36,230 bases of DNA from Catajapyx aquilonaris (lineage: Eukaryota). The stretch covers positions 1 through 36,230 of the forward strand of contig KZ539049.1 of the NCBI GenBank assembly GCA_000934665.2, given 5' to 3'. The translations under genes were made by a program, and so were the position numbers. The notes below the pieces were generated by a model. The model was not told where the DNA came from and ran no database searches. It saw nothing but the letters and a program-made list of their open reading frames with translations. This document shows, piece after piece, positions 1-10,580 of the stretch (its first letter is position 1; every line of letters starts with the position of its first letter).

Positions 1-252
1 TTGGTGGTTGTAAATTTTTTGCGACGTTTTGAAGAGGAATTAAGTAAAAGTGTAAATGGTAGGAAATCAAGCCACGACGGTGGGGATCTGTGTTCAAGAT
101 TTGGAAGCTCTACCTACAGCAGAACTTGAGTTAGGACGAATAAAAAAAAACGTAATAACAACAACAACAAGAAGTAGGAAAAATTCATTGTTGAAACATT
201 GTTGAAATCTATGCTACGGTCTTACTTAAGGGCTATCGCCCTTAAAATAAAA
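1..252 (-). mobile_element. Helentron-associated (DINE-1/HINE-like) non-autonomous rolling-circle element, one end; continues off the left edge of the window
   Basis: On the minus strand it reads in order: a T-rich end (252-244), a perfect 8-bp hairpin TTAAGGGC-gata-GCCCTTAA (226-245), an 11-bp tandem duplication (CATTGTTGAAA x2 on +, 186-207), a short (TTG)4 microsatellite (157-168), then TAACTCAAG...GTAGAGCTTCCAAATCTTGAACACAGAT (133-86). T-run, hairpin, microsatellite, core is the known DINE-1/HINE layout. The core resemblance is from memory, not from an alignment. Confidence 0.55.
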
Positions 253-1303
253 CCAGGGTATTTCTCAAAATCCCTATCTATTTGTATGGATTTTCCTAAA
301 GAAACCTGGTTTTATCATATACCAAGCTCGGTGAAACCGGCCCTAAATGATGGTTCTGGAAAACCGGCCATGAACTTAGTAGATGATCCGTCCTATATAT
401 GATGGCAGCTGTAGGGGCCGATTGATTTCCACGTCAGCGCCATTTCCAGTATAATTTGACGCGTGTCAGGCGGTGTACATTTTATTGGCACGTCGCATCT
501 ACATTGCTAATACCGACATTGGACCAGCCCTGACAGTTTTACCTGCGACCGGCCTAATTTTCCCCCCAACCCTCTTTTTACAACCGCAAGTAATCTACAT
601 TAAGTCTGTCCCCGTAAACAAACCAGGGGACGACAGGCCGGAAATTTCCAGGATGTTTTTTCCCCCCTGCAGTGACCGGTCCCAGATTGGAGGCGGAATA
701 ATAGAGTCTGGACCAGACTATATAGCCTGACTATCTCCGGGGTCATCGCAGTTTATTCTCAGTGCTGGAAAACGAGGATAGATCCAGAGCAAAGGCCCGA
801 ATTGCAAAGTGGCCTCTGGAAATGGATAGTGCCCCACCCCCGTCTCATTTCCTCCACTGGCCCTTCAATTACCTCCCAGGGATATCTCCTCTCCTCTCTC
901 CCCCACTGAAAAAGAGAAATATTTGTGGTTCCATCTGATCCTCGGAGGTTTTACACATGTGGCGGACGTTTATGGCGTGACATTAGCCTCTAAAGATGGG
1001 AGAGGCTGGGAAAATGGAGACAGATGTAAGGAAACACACGGGCTGCGATACGTCCCGACCTCGTTTTCTTACAGGCGCCTCCAGCAGCCCTAGTCCGCTT
1101 CTCCTCTTTTCTACTACCCCCGGGGCTATATGGACCGGAACATCCCCAAAAAGCTCGCCCATATTTCATCCGGACTCCAGCCGTGAGGTTTACCTCCATT
1201 CACCAGCCAAATCCGGGGGCCCCAACGCGACGTGAGGCATTCAGGCCGACACGGATCGCCCACATGCGATTTTTCACTGCTTATACATCAAAATAGCAGC
1301 GAT

Positions 1304-1447
1304 CACCGAACGGAAACAGCCTTGAAATGGCAACGCCGCAATGATAATACTCCCTGCTGGGTTATTTTTGGCCTAATAGCCTCACTATTTGACCAAAAAT
1401 AACCCAGCAGCTGTTATTATCATTGCGGCGCTGCCATTTTGAAAATA
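1304..1447. mobile_element. Palindromic MITE family 1, copy 1
   Basis: Starts CACCGAACGGAAACAGCCTTGAAATGGCAACGCCGCAATGATAATA..CTGCTGGGTTATTTTTGG. After a short loop comes the inverted arm CCAAAAATAACCCAGCAG..TATTATCATTGCGGCGCTGCCATTTTGAAAATA. Near-identical to 1651-1790. Confidence 0.85.
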
Positions 1448-1539
1448 CACTTTAAGAAATGTCCGGGTTAAATATATTTATCCCGGAAAAAAGATCACTT
1501 TTGTCATGGTTATTTAACCCGGACATTTCTTAGAAAGTA
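1448..1539. mobile_element. MITE family 2 (CACT termini, CMC/EnSpm-like), copy A
   Basis: TIRs are CACTTTAAGAAATGTCCGGGTTAAATA and TATTTAACCCGGACATTTCTTAGAAAGT, preceded by TA (1446-1447). The interior is the exact reverse complement of copy B. Confidence 0.85.
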
Positions 1540-1550
1540 TACACTCAGTA

Positions 1551-1641
1551 CACTCTTAAGAAATGTCCGGGTTAAATAACCATGACAAAAGTGATCTTTT
1601 TTCCGGGATAAATATATTTAACCCGGACATTTCTTAGAGTG
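1551..1641. mobile_element. MITE family 2 (CACT termini, CMC/EnSpm-like), copy B, inverted relative to A
   Basis: 91 bp with TIRs CACTCTTAAGAAATGTCCGGGTTAAATA and TATTTAACCCGGACATTTCTTAGAGTG. TA flanks both sides (1549-1550, 1642-1643), consistent with a 2-bp TSD. The superfamily call rests on the termini only. Confidence 0.88.
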
Positions 1642-1650
1642 TAGTTCGCT

Positions 1651-1790
1651 TACTGAACGAAACATCCTTGAAATGGCAACGCCGCAATGATAATACTCGC
1701 TGCTGGGTTATTTTTGACCTAATAGCACTATTTGACTAAAAATAACCAAGCAGCTATTATTATCATTGCGGCGCTGCCATTTCGAAAATA
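1651..1790. mobile_element. Palindromic MITE family 1, copy 2
   Basis: TACTGAACGAAACATCCTTGAAATGGCAACGCCGCAATGATAATA...TATTATCATTGCGGCGCTGCCATTTCGAAAATA. Same orientation, similar loop and same asymmetric right end as copy 1. Confidence 0.85.
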
Positions 1791-1797
1791 GGGCTCT

Positions 1798-1937
1798 CAC
1801 TGACAGAAACGTTCTTGAAATGGCAACGCCGCAATGATATTTGCTGCTGGGTTATTTTTGGTCAGATATATTTGGCTAAAAATAACCCAGCAGCGAATAT
1901 TATCATTGCGGCGTTGCCATTTCAAGGCTATTTCGTT
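1798..1937. mobile_element. Palindromic MITE family 1, copy 3 (symmetric variant)
   Basis: CACTGACAGAAACGTTCTTGAAATGGCAACGCCGCAATGATA...TATCATTGCGGCGTTGCCATTTCAAGGCTATTTCGTT. The loop differs (GTCAGATATATTTGGCT), and the right arm matches the reverse complement of the left arm of copies 1 and 2. The right boundary is uncertain by about 10 bp. Confidence 0.82.
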
Positions 1938-2076
1938 TTTTCTCCTGTAAACTTAAAAAGAGAAGGTCTCCCATAAGAGCGGGCGACTTTCCCAATCTTG
2001 GCGGAGTTTTGTGTGAGTAACGGCCCCGCTTTCGCGAGCTATAAAACAAAAATCCATTAGTAGCTAGTTTTTCAGT

Positions 2077-2101
2077 GGGGGGGGGGGNGGGGGGGGGGGG
2101 G
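2077..2101 (+). repeat. Poly-G tract with an ambiguous base
   Basis: Run of G with a single N at 2088. Confidence 0.95.
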
Positions 2102-3507
2102 AGAGCTTGCTGCCTGGGATGTAATAATAATTACAGCCGGATATAATTTAGTGGCGGCGCGAAGAAGGGCCGGGGGATCATTAGGTTGGACCCGGATTCA
2201 TTTGCGGAAGTGGATTCCCGGATCTTTTGTGGCACCACCAGGCTTCCAAGATTATTTTAATCCTTCCTCCTCCTCCTCCTTCCCATTTGGACCCCCTGCA
2301 AAGAGAAAAGAAAGACAATTGGGAAGAATTCATGACACTTGCAGGGAAGGGACACATCAAGTAAAAATGATGTGGCCGCGGTCTGAATAAAGGCGGCGGC
2401 CATATAAGATGGAGAATCCCCCTTATTTCCCTCAGGACCCACACCAAGAGACGGTCTTTGTCGCCAGAGCCATGTTGCCAATGGCTTTAAAGCCTGTTAT
2501 TACCAGTCGGATTGTTTCAGATGGGGAGGGGTTCGCTCCTTTGGGGGACACATCCTGGATGACTCGCCCATCAACAGCTTTTTCAAAGAAACGACCCTTC
2601 GTCCCTTCTTTTTTTTTTTAAAAAAAAAGGAGCCTTTGTTGGGTCCGATAAGACAATGTTTCACACTAGTATGTACATACGTGACATGCACTGCAGAGTC
2701 TCGATTATTCGTCCGGCTGAGACGTGTTCAGAGATAATAAAAAATACAAACAGTTCAGTGTAAGCTTGCACATAGTACAACCCAAGCAGTGTTGACATTA
2801 ATGAATAATTCTCCCCACATCTGAAGCAATCATAAGCTGATATATGTAATGGGTGAGGACGTGCTCTGCAATTACGCTGACAGGGGGACTATTTGCCACG
2901 TGAATAAAAGAGGAGTGCTGGTAATACCCACTCTTCCAATCTCCTTTTTCTCCTCTCTCTTTTTCCCCGTGGCCTGTTGGTGGCGTATTACGTCACCTGA
3001 AACCGCTCCGTTCCATCACCAGCCTAACGTGTAATTTCCCATTATCCAGTAATCCCGTGCTGTAAGGCCGGATCCTCCCATCCCCATCCCCATCCTCCTC
3101 CTCCCATCCCTACCCCCTCTCTTCCAACTTTGAAGAACCGGATGTGAACGGCCCATTACCGCGCTCCAGGTTCAATTTAATCCAGGGAAATAGTCCCAAC
3201 TGGCAGACGGGGTTTACCACTACTTTTCCTGCCTCCCAATGACCCTCTCTCAAGTGACCTGCATACGGGTGCGAAAACTGCATTCCGGGGGTCCCCACAC
3301 GCTTAATTAAGATTGAACATATCGGGCACCCAAATCCGCCGGTCCATCAGTTTATCTCGGTTGGAAAACCGATTTCTGAATTAAATATTACCTACACCGT
3401 TTCCTCCAGCATCAACCTCCTGGAAAGAACTGCGGCCATAGATCGCTTAACTGCAAATCTGCCTTTATTTATTTTTAAAATAACAATCACCGCTAGAGTG
3501 CCCAAAA

Positions 3508-3535
3508 ATTGCGGTGTTGCCATTTTCAATAATAG
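3508..3535. mobile_element. Degenerate fragment of MITE family 1 right arm
   Basis: ATTGCGGTGTTGCCATTT matches copy 3 ATTGCGGCGTTGCCATTT at 17 of 18 positions. It continues TCAATAATAG, resembling the copy 1 and 2 end (TGAAAATA / CGAAAATAG). Confidence 0.45.
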
Positions 3536-6500
3536 TTCATTTTTTTCTGGAAACTATAAAACAGAAGGAAGAAGGGGCTCCCAGCATATTTGGTCACTTT
3601 CAGAGGAAAGAGTTGAATTCGCAAAAATTACAATTGAAAATTTATTACCTCTTGCCCATTTCTGATTGGAAATTGCAAATTTTGACGAATGTTGCCACCT
3701 TGCCCTGTACGGGGATGTCATGCAAAAAAATGGCGATTCGAAATAGTTCCTGTCAATCCGGTCGTATATAGTTTAGAGACCAGAAAACAGAGGAAACTCC
3801 TATTCCACAGATTTTTCTCTCGGGAAGTGCCAAAAAAAGAAGTCTTTGTCTGCCTGCAGGTTGTCGCAAAAATCCTTTCTTGCGCAACAAAAAAAAAATA
3901 TGTGGGCCAAGTGCAGAATTGCTTCCGGCTGCTCTTAGGCCTTCTTTAGGCCCAGGTCTTATGGAGGTGACGGACCGGGATGGATACAAAAAACAAAAAT
4001 GTTCTTCCAGCTTTTTGGCCTCCCGAATTTTTGGAGCCAGAATTTTTTCCTCTCTCTTTCTCTCTCTCTTCAATTTCCATCAACACCTGTTTTTCCTGAG
4101 AGCGTTCAAAGACTGCTTTTGATCGGATGCGCCCGTGCCGCTAATGAATTACAATCTTTGTTGAATAGAGAGGCATAGACACATGCGATGATAATTACGC
4201 CCGGATGTACATTACACACACGTGCAAGCAGCATCAGCCTTTAAATAGTAAATAAGCGTAGCGAGACCCATTTTGGGGCGGTGCCTCTCTTTTCCTTTTG
4301 CCACCGGTTACTAAGCACTCCTTTGAAGTTTAATTTCCATAATTCAGCACTCTGCATCCCATCAAGGCCTACTCAAAAGTGTGCTCATCAAAATGAGCGC
4401 GCTTTTTTCGACTCGCTCAAGTGCAAATAGGCCCATCTCCTTTTTTTCTCTAGTAAAGCCTGCTGCATTAGCCCACCTCATGCATGAAACATGCTGATAT
4501 GTGTGTGCTGCATAAGTCACTTGAGATACGCACAGGTCAAAACTCTGGGCCGAAAAGAGTGTCGCAGCTGCATTGCAGATACGGCTCTTTTGCTAAGTAC
4601 TGGCATTGTCAGCGCAATGAGTCCAAAAAATTTGGCCAACCCCTGGAGTGTGTGCCCCCCTTTTTCTCTGCGTGAGATGGGTCGTCAGCAGCGTCTTGTC
4701 TCATTACGAGGTCTTTTGTCCTCCCCAACTTCCCTGCTAGAAGGGGGAGGCCCATGATGGAAGCCAGTTCTGTCGTCTACAGCTCAGGAGCCAAATTGGA
4801 GCTGGCCTCAGGGAATGGCCAACCACCGTCCCGACTCCATCTTCCCTTAGGGAGTTGGGGGGGGGGGATTCCTCTCCTTCCCCCTCCTCTTCTGGCGCCT
4901 CGTCATGAATAAGAACAGCTTCCTTTTCCACTGCTTGCCTTCCTCCAGCAGCAATGGCCTTATTACTTCCCAGCCTCTTCTTCCTTCCCCTGGAATTATT
5001 GGGGACCCCCTCCCCCCCTTTAAAAATCTGCTTCGAGAGGTTCCAACTTTAGCCGTGTCTTGCCATCTCTATCGCACACTCATCGGGCCAACCTGCAATT
5101 TTTTTTTGGGGGGGGGGGGGGGGATGAAAAGAAAAAAAAAGGGCACACGAAACGTTCTGGACGAAGAAAAATATTAAGATTCGACCCCCTGCGAATGTCG
5201 CAATTTTCGCCTTAGACATACAGTGTCCCATAAATGTTGAAATTGTTTCGAATAGTGACACATTGTGCGTATTAATTAGAGCGTGAGATTGTGACGCAAT
5301 CGTTTCCAGAATTTGCGTTCGGTGTGTTTACAGTAGAGCTGGCATTTATTACGTAATCCACTTACACATTTTGTATAGCCCATTGAATGAAAAGGGGGGA
5401 GTTGGGTGGGGGGGTGTATAGCCTAATGAATCGGCGTCATTAGCAACTAATTGGCAACTGATAGGGACAATTACACAACCGGGCTTGGATCCTGAGCAAA
5501 CTCCGACGTTATAATTAACGCCTCCAGCTGGATTAACGAACCTCCGAGAGCACCAAAAAGTGTATATTCGCGGCATGACAAAAGTACGCTTCTGTGGTCG
5601 AGTTGCATTTAGAGTCCAGAGAGCGAGAGACGGATTTTGCCACCAGGCGTCAGCCCTGCTGCTGCTGCTCCCGGATAGTTTTCCGGGCCCATAGGCTTTC
5701 AGTCCTAGTGTTAGTCTTCTCTTCTGGAACAACAGGTCTCGGCGGTTAATTAATGGAATGGAGGAAGAGAAGAAATAGCCCGCGGACATCGAGACGAGAA
5801 GAGGCGAGTTTATGCAACGTACGCCATCTTCCTGCTGCTGCTGATGGGTCCCCAGATATAATACGAGGGGCGTTAAAAATAGTTGCAAAAATCCTATTAG
5901 CTCCTCCTATTGGATCGTCTAATATCGGACGTGGCCAATCAGGCTCGTCTCTAGCAAGCACAGTCGATGGAATTGTTGCTTCGAAAAGCCTGGACCTGTC
6001 CCCAGTAGTTTGTATGCATGAGCGGAGGCCCAGGCCAAATCCCAGGCTATTGGCCTGGGCTATAGCCGCCAATGGATCTAAAGGGTCGTGGAAAAGGACC
6101 CCCGGATTTGGGCTTCATGTACTCTACTCCGGGGAAAAGGGATAGACTCTATTGGACCGAGGACTATCGCTTTCGTTCGATTCGTTTTTCTAAACCAGCC
6201 TGAACATATACACTGGTCCTTATTTGGACTGAACCCCTACACCTTTTGATACACCCTTTTATTTTATTTAAAAAATAAGAAGAAGAAAAGGGATGGTATA
6301 GGTACACACATCTGTGGACATACCTTTGTCTTGTCTAGCGAAGCAGCGACTCCCATTTGAATCATGTTTCGGGAGAGGAGGTCACATGCCTGGAACCGGT
6401 TCCATAGAAACAATCGTGTAGACATGCCCGGAATGCCCTTATCGCGCCCACTCTGCCGGAGTTTTATCAACTTTGGCACATTGGGACAAATGTTGGACTA

Positions 6501-9500
6501 ATTAATAGGCCCGGTTCGGATCACAGGAAGGACATAAATCTCTCTCTCTTTTTGCCTCCAACCCCCGGTATATACCTTTTCAGCACTTATGTCAGCCGTA
6601 ATCAGCCGGGATTGAATTTATATCATTACGTGTATGCTCAAAATTTAGCCTGCGAGAAATATCCGAAATTTTTATTAGCACCCGGTGAAGTGATCGAAAT
6701 GAGCGCTATTATAGCACACCTCTCTCTATCTTCATAACTCGAACCGCTGTCATAATAATAGTGCGGTTATGAGTGGCATGGATGGAACAAAGTGCTTCTT
6801 GTGGAGTTGATTCCCATTGGTTTGTTGGATATATAAAGTGTGTTCGCAGGGGGATAGGGAGGTGGGAGGTGGGGGAATGATTAGTGTGAACGGCGCCGTT
6901 TCCATTCAGCGCGAGTCGTCCCAGGCATTAATCAGTCGAGTGGCGATGTTGGCTTGAGGTAATCCCGCTCCTGCTTGCACCAGGATTTTCACGACCAACT
7001 AGGGGACGCTTTTATTTTCCACCCTAATTGACCTGCCTACCTATATACCCAGCAGGAAAGTCGCACACGAAATTCATAATTTGTCCCGAAGACAATATTC
7101 TTCCTCTCTCCAGGTGACATCTATAAGAGCCCGCGGAATCCGCTCAAAATGTGCACTGTCCAAGATCCATCAAAAGCAACGTGAATAGTCCAGTCAATTA
7201 TAATAACATTTCCTGGTATCCTACGCACAATTTAAGAGTGGTTTCAATGGTTTTCCTCTTGTTCCGAGCAATGGAAAACCCCTTGGATTTTTCTTGGAGT
7301 GAAAAACGGCGTCGCGGTTCACTTTGTCTTTGGGCCCGAGCCATGAACGTAAATCTGGGGATTAACAATCAGCCAATTAGAGTACCGGGGCTGGACTGGA
7401 GATTGGAATAGTTTTTCCAGAGAATATATCAGGAAGGGAAAGTCTCCCACAGCATATTTCGAGAGCAGTTGATGTCGGGCGGGACCTCTTTGGGACGGAG
7501 CACACTTGCCTACACTTCAGATATAATTTCCGATTTAACCCCCCCCTGAAACAGGGAGACCAATCACAGGTGAGCTGCCCCCCCTTTTGGAGTTATTATT
7601 AGTCCAGGACACGCCACTTAAAAAACACGAGGCCGAGACCCCCCCTTCTTTTTATATGGCCGTCAGCCCCCCGTAGATCGCATGCTACACACACCACGTG
7701 TATTGCTCCAGAATAAGACCGTTTCATGGAATCACTTAGCGTTTCTAGAACAATGCGCCGGAATTATTTACTGCACCGAGCAAAAAGATCCGGTCCGCTG
7801 ATTGCACGAGGCAAATAAGGGCGCAGGAAATCCGGATGCGACGTTGCTGTATATTGTCCAAAAATGCCATTCATATACCGACAACAGACATATTTATGCA
7901 TAATTCGATAAAAGTCGCCGTGCAGATGCCTGTTTTTGGTATATAGAGCAGCAGTATGCTATACCGTAGTTCCTATAGGCTTGTCTAACTTTACACGTGG
8001 CGTTCAAATCAGCTAAACTCACCTTTTAGTAGAGCTTAACTATCGTTTCTGGATTTATTAAACAGAGCGCATCAAGTTGAGTGACACCCACTGCGATGTT
8101 AAACTCGACGTTAGGCAGCATTACTGAACTTCCCCTTTGAGCTTTCAGGAACATGGAAGTTCGAATCTTCTTTGCAGTACAGTGCTTGTAATTAAAATTT
8201 GCGAAATTATTTCAAGTGCAGGCAGCGTGTACTTCGTAATAGAGGAGCTGATAGCATCAAATGAGAGGCAATCACTTGCAAACTTTGCATCACGGCTTTT
8301 CAACAGGTAAAGCAGCCAATCAATATCCTCAAAGCGTCATACAAGTTGGTTAATATTGGTACAGGTAGTATCACTCGAAGTTTGATCATTATAATTATGA
8401 TCATGTACAGTACAATCCGTTTCCTGTCAAGTACAATAGTGTACAGGTTGATATCGAGATTAGTTAATAATTCTGCACATTTGCGAAAATGTGTGTTGCC
8501 TCGGAGCGATTATTATCATTGGTTGCGAAATCCTGCTGATTGGGACATACACTCTTGTCGACTTATACCATCCCGGATTATATAGAAACCGGGTTTTGAG
8601 ACTGGGGATAAGTATTGTGAGCTGATGCTGCTGCCTGCCCGGATCTGGGCTAATAAGGAAGAAAATGCGTGGGTTGCAGCCCAGAATTAGCCCCGTCTCC
8701 TTGTCTCCTCCTCCTCTTCCCATCCCCTCCCCTCTTCTCTCTTCTCTCTCTCTATTGCCCTAATCCGCTTATGCAAATGGAGCGCGCCAGAGAGAAAAGC
8801 TATTGTTGGACTGCAAAATGCGAAATGCAAAGGATGGGAAAAGCGGACTGGATGCTGCATCCATGCGCCGCAACACTGGCTGCTTCTTCTTCCCAAAGAG
8901 ACGAGAGAGAGAGAGAGGTTCCCTTTTATTTTGGTCCAACCAGCAGCATCCTCCATCCCACCCCCCATTCCGTCCATTTGCGCCAGTCTCCATGTCTATA
9001 AACCGCTTTTTCATATGCATATTGCCAACTTCCCTTCTTAATACCAGTGCCCTTCGTCTATGGAATAACAATATACTTTGAAGCATTGTCCGCTGGATTT
9101 ACTCGTGGGAAAAGGATGATGGGAAGTACCAAGTTGTGGGTTCGAATATTTCAGACAGAATTTTCAGATCAGTTTGCCGGAACACATTTGTACATTTGAA
9201 TGATTTTTATTTTTTCACATGATAGTTGGCCGGTTTTGTGCGGCATAGAATGAATGGGAAAAAATTAATGCCTGAAGAGATATGGCGGGGGTATTTCCTC
9301 CTCTGGCTGGACCCAAATGAGAATTAGGAACCATGGCAGAGAGGGAGAATCAATAACAATCACAACACTTGACTGGTGGGTTTACACTTTGCAGGGTCGA
9401 TCCGCATGGCAAACAAACACGGCTCACATTTTAAAATCTGTTTGGCGGGGGAAAACAAACGTGGTCCGGATTCCGGATCATCCCTTCCCTCCCCCCCCCC

Positions 9501-10249
9501 CCCCTCCCACACATACCCACACACACATTTTTTTTTTCGGTGGGGACCTCCCCTGTAGTTAAGCTGATGAAATGACCAGAGCCCCGGAGAGAGAGACAAA
9601 ATGGCGGAAAACCGGAGGCGTGTTTATCCGGGAGAGAAATACACAGGCATTTTCAGCCTCCCCCCCCCCTCTTTCCATTTCATATACACTAAGTGCAGGA
9701 GGTACTTAGGGACGGAGATGTTTTCACCAAGCTTTGCGGTTTCAAGCCTCTAGACACTTTTCCTTTTTTATTTCACTTTTTTTTGTCCTCCAGCGGATAA
9801 ATTGGACTGTAGCATAATCTTGCTGCAGGATTGCAGCCCCGTTTTCTCCACGCTTCTAAATGAGCTTCGGAAATACCAGAAAATGCTGGAAATTAATGGG
9901 CATGAAGTACATGCTGATTTGGATTTCTTTGGCTTATACCTAGAAGTGAGGTATACTGTACCATGCATGGGCTTTCAGTAAATTGTACGATGTTGGTATA
10001 TACGAGCCTCGACATTTTTAAAAATATACAACATTTTCTCCTGCACAATATACTAAACTACGTACGAGGTGTTACGCGGATTTACAAGAGGGCATTGAAC
10101 AGCATAATTTAGGAACAGACATTCGCCACAATAACCCTTTAAAAATACAGCCCCTGGCTACACTTATAGGGCCGGTTGCATGAAAGAAATTCATTAAAAA
10201 TCTCCGATTATACTAAGGGCAAATCAATAAGTAATGCGCAAAAACATTT

Positions 10250-10398
10250 TTTTCGAGCCACGTTTAATGTCAATAATAGATGTTTTATGGGTGACAGCAA
10301 GGAACAACCTTTGGCTAATTTTAAACATATGAACAGTTTCTGTTGATGTATTAGTCCCACCGTGGCTCGAGGTTAAAGATGCCATGTTTTTAGAGCTC
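10250..10398. mobile_element. MITE family 3, end-truncated copy, inverted relative to 10413-10580
   Basis: Aligns over its full length to the reverse complement of 10420-10574, e.g. GGTGACAGCAAGGAACAA vs TTGTTCCTTGCTGTCACC, GAACAGTTTCTGTTGATGTATT vs AATACATCAACAGAAACTGTTC, and ATGCCATGTTTTTA vs TAAAAACATGGCAT. It lacks the GGCC termini. Confidence 0.8.
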
Positions 10399-10412
10399 CG
10401 TTTTTTTGTCAT

Positions 10413-10580
10413 AAGGCCCGAGTCTATAAAAACATGGCATTTAAAACCTTGTGTCACATCAGTGGGACAAATACATCAACAGAAACTGTTCGTCTGTTTT
10501 AAAATAAAGCCAAAGATTGTTCCTTGCTGTCACCTACAAAACATTTGTTACTGACATGAAACTTGGCTCGAAAACGGCCT
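10413..10580. mobile_element. MITE family 3, PIF/Harbinger-like, apparently complete copy
   Basis: Bounded by (T)AAGGCC at 10412-10418 and GGCCTT(GA) at 10576-10583. This is the TWA/GGCC end pattern typical of PIF/Harbinger-derived MITEs. The superfamily call is an inference from short termini. Confidence 0.65.

Noticed and set aside
1304..1937. CRISPR-like or REP-like reading of the repeat cluster
   Set aside because: The units are 90-145-bp palindromes without unique regular spacers, there are no cas genes, and the context is eukaryotic.
5862..5890. TACGAGGGGCGTTAAAAATAG, resembling a mariner TIR
   Set aside because: There is no convincing partner TIR (6243-6261 is only loosely similar) and no transposase remnant.
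5349..6145. Overlapping 179, 130 and 108-aa ORFs
   Set aside because: No recognisable motif, and similar-length ORFs on both strands indicate chance open frames.
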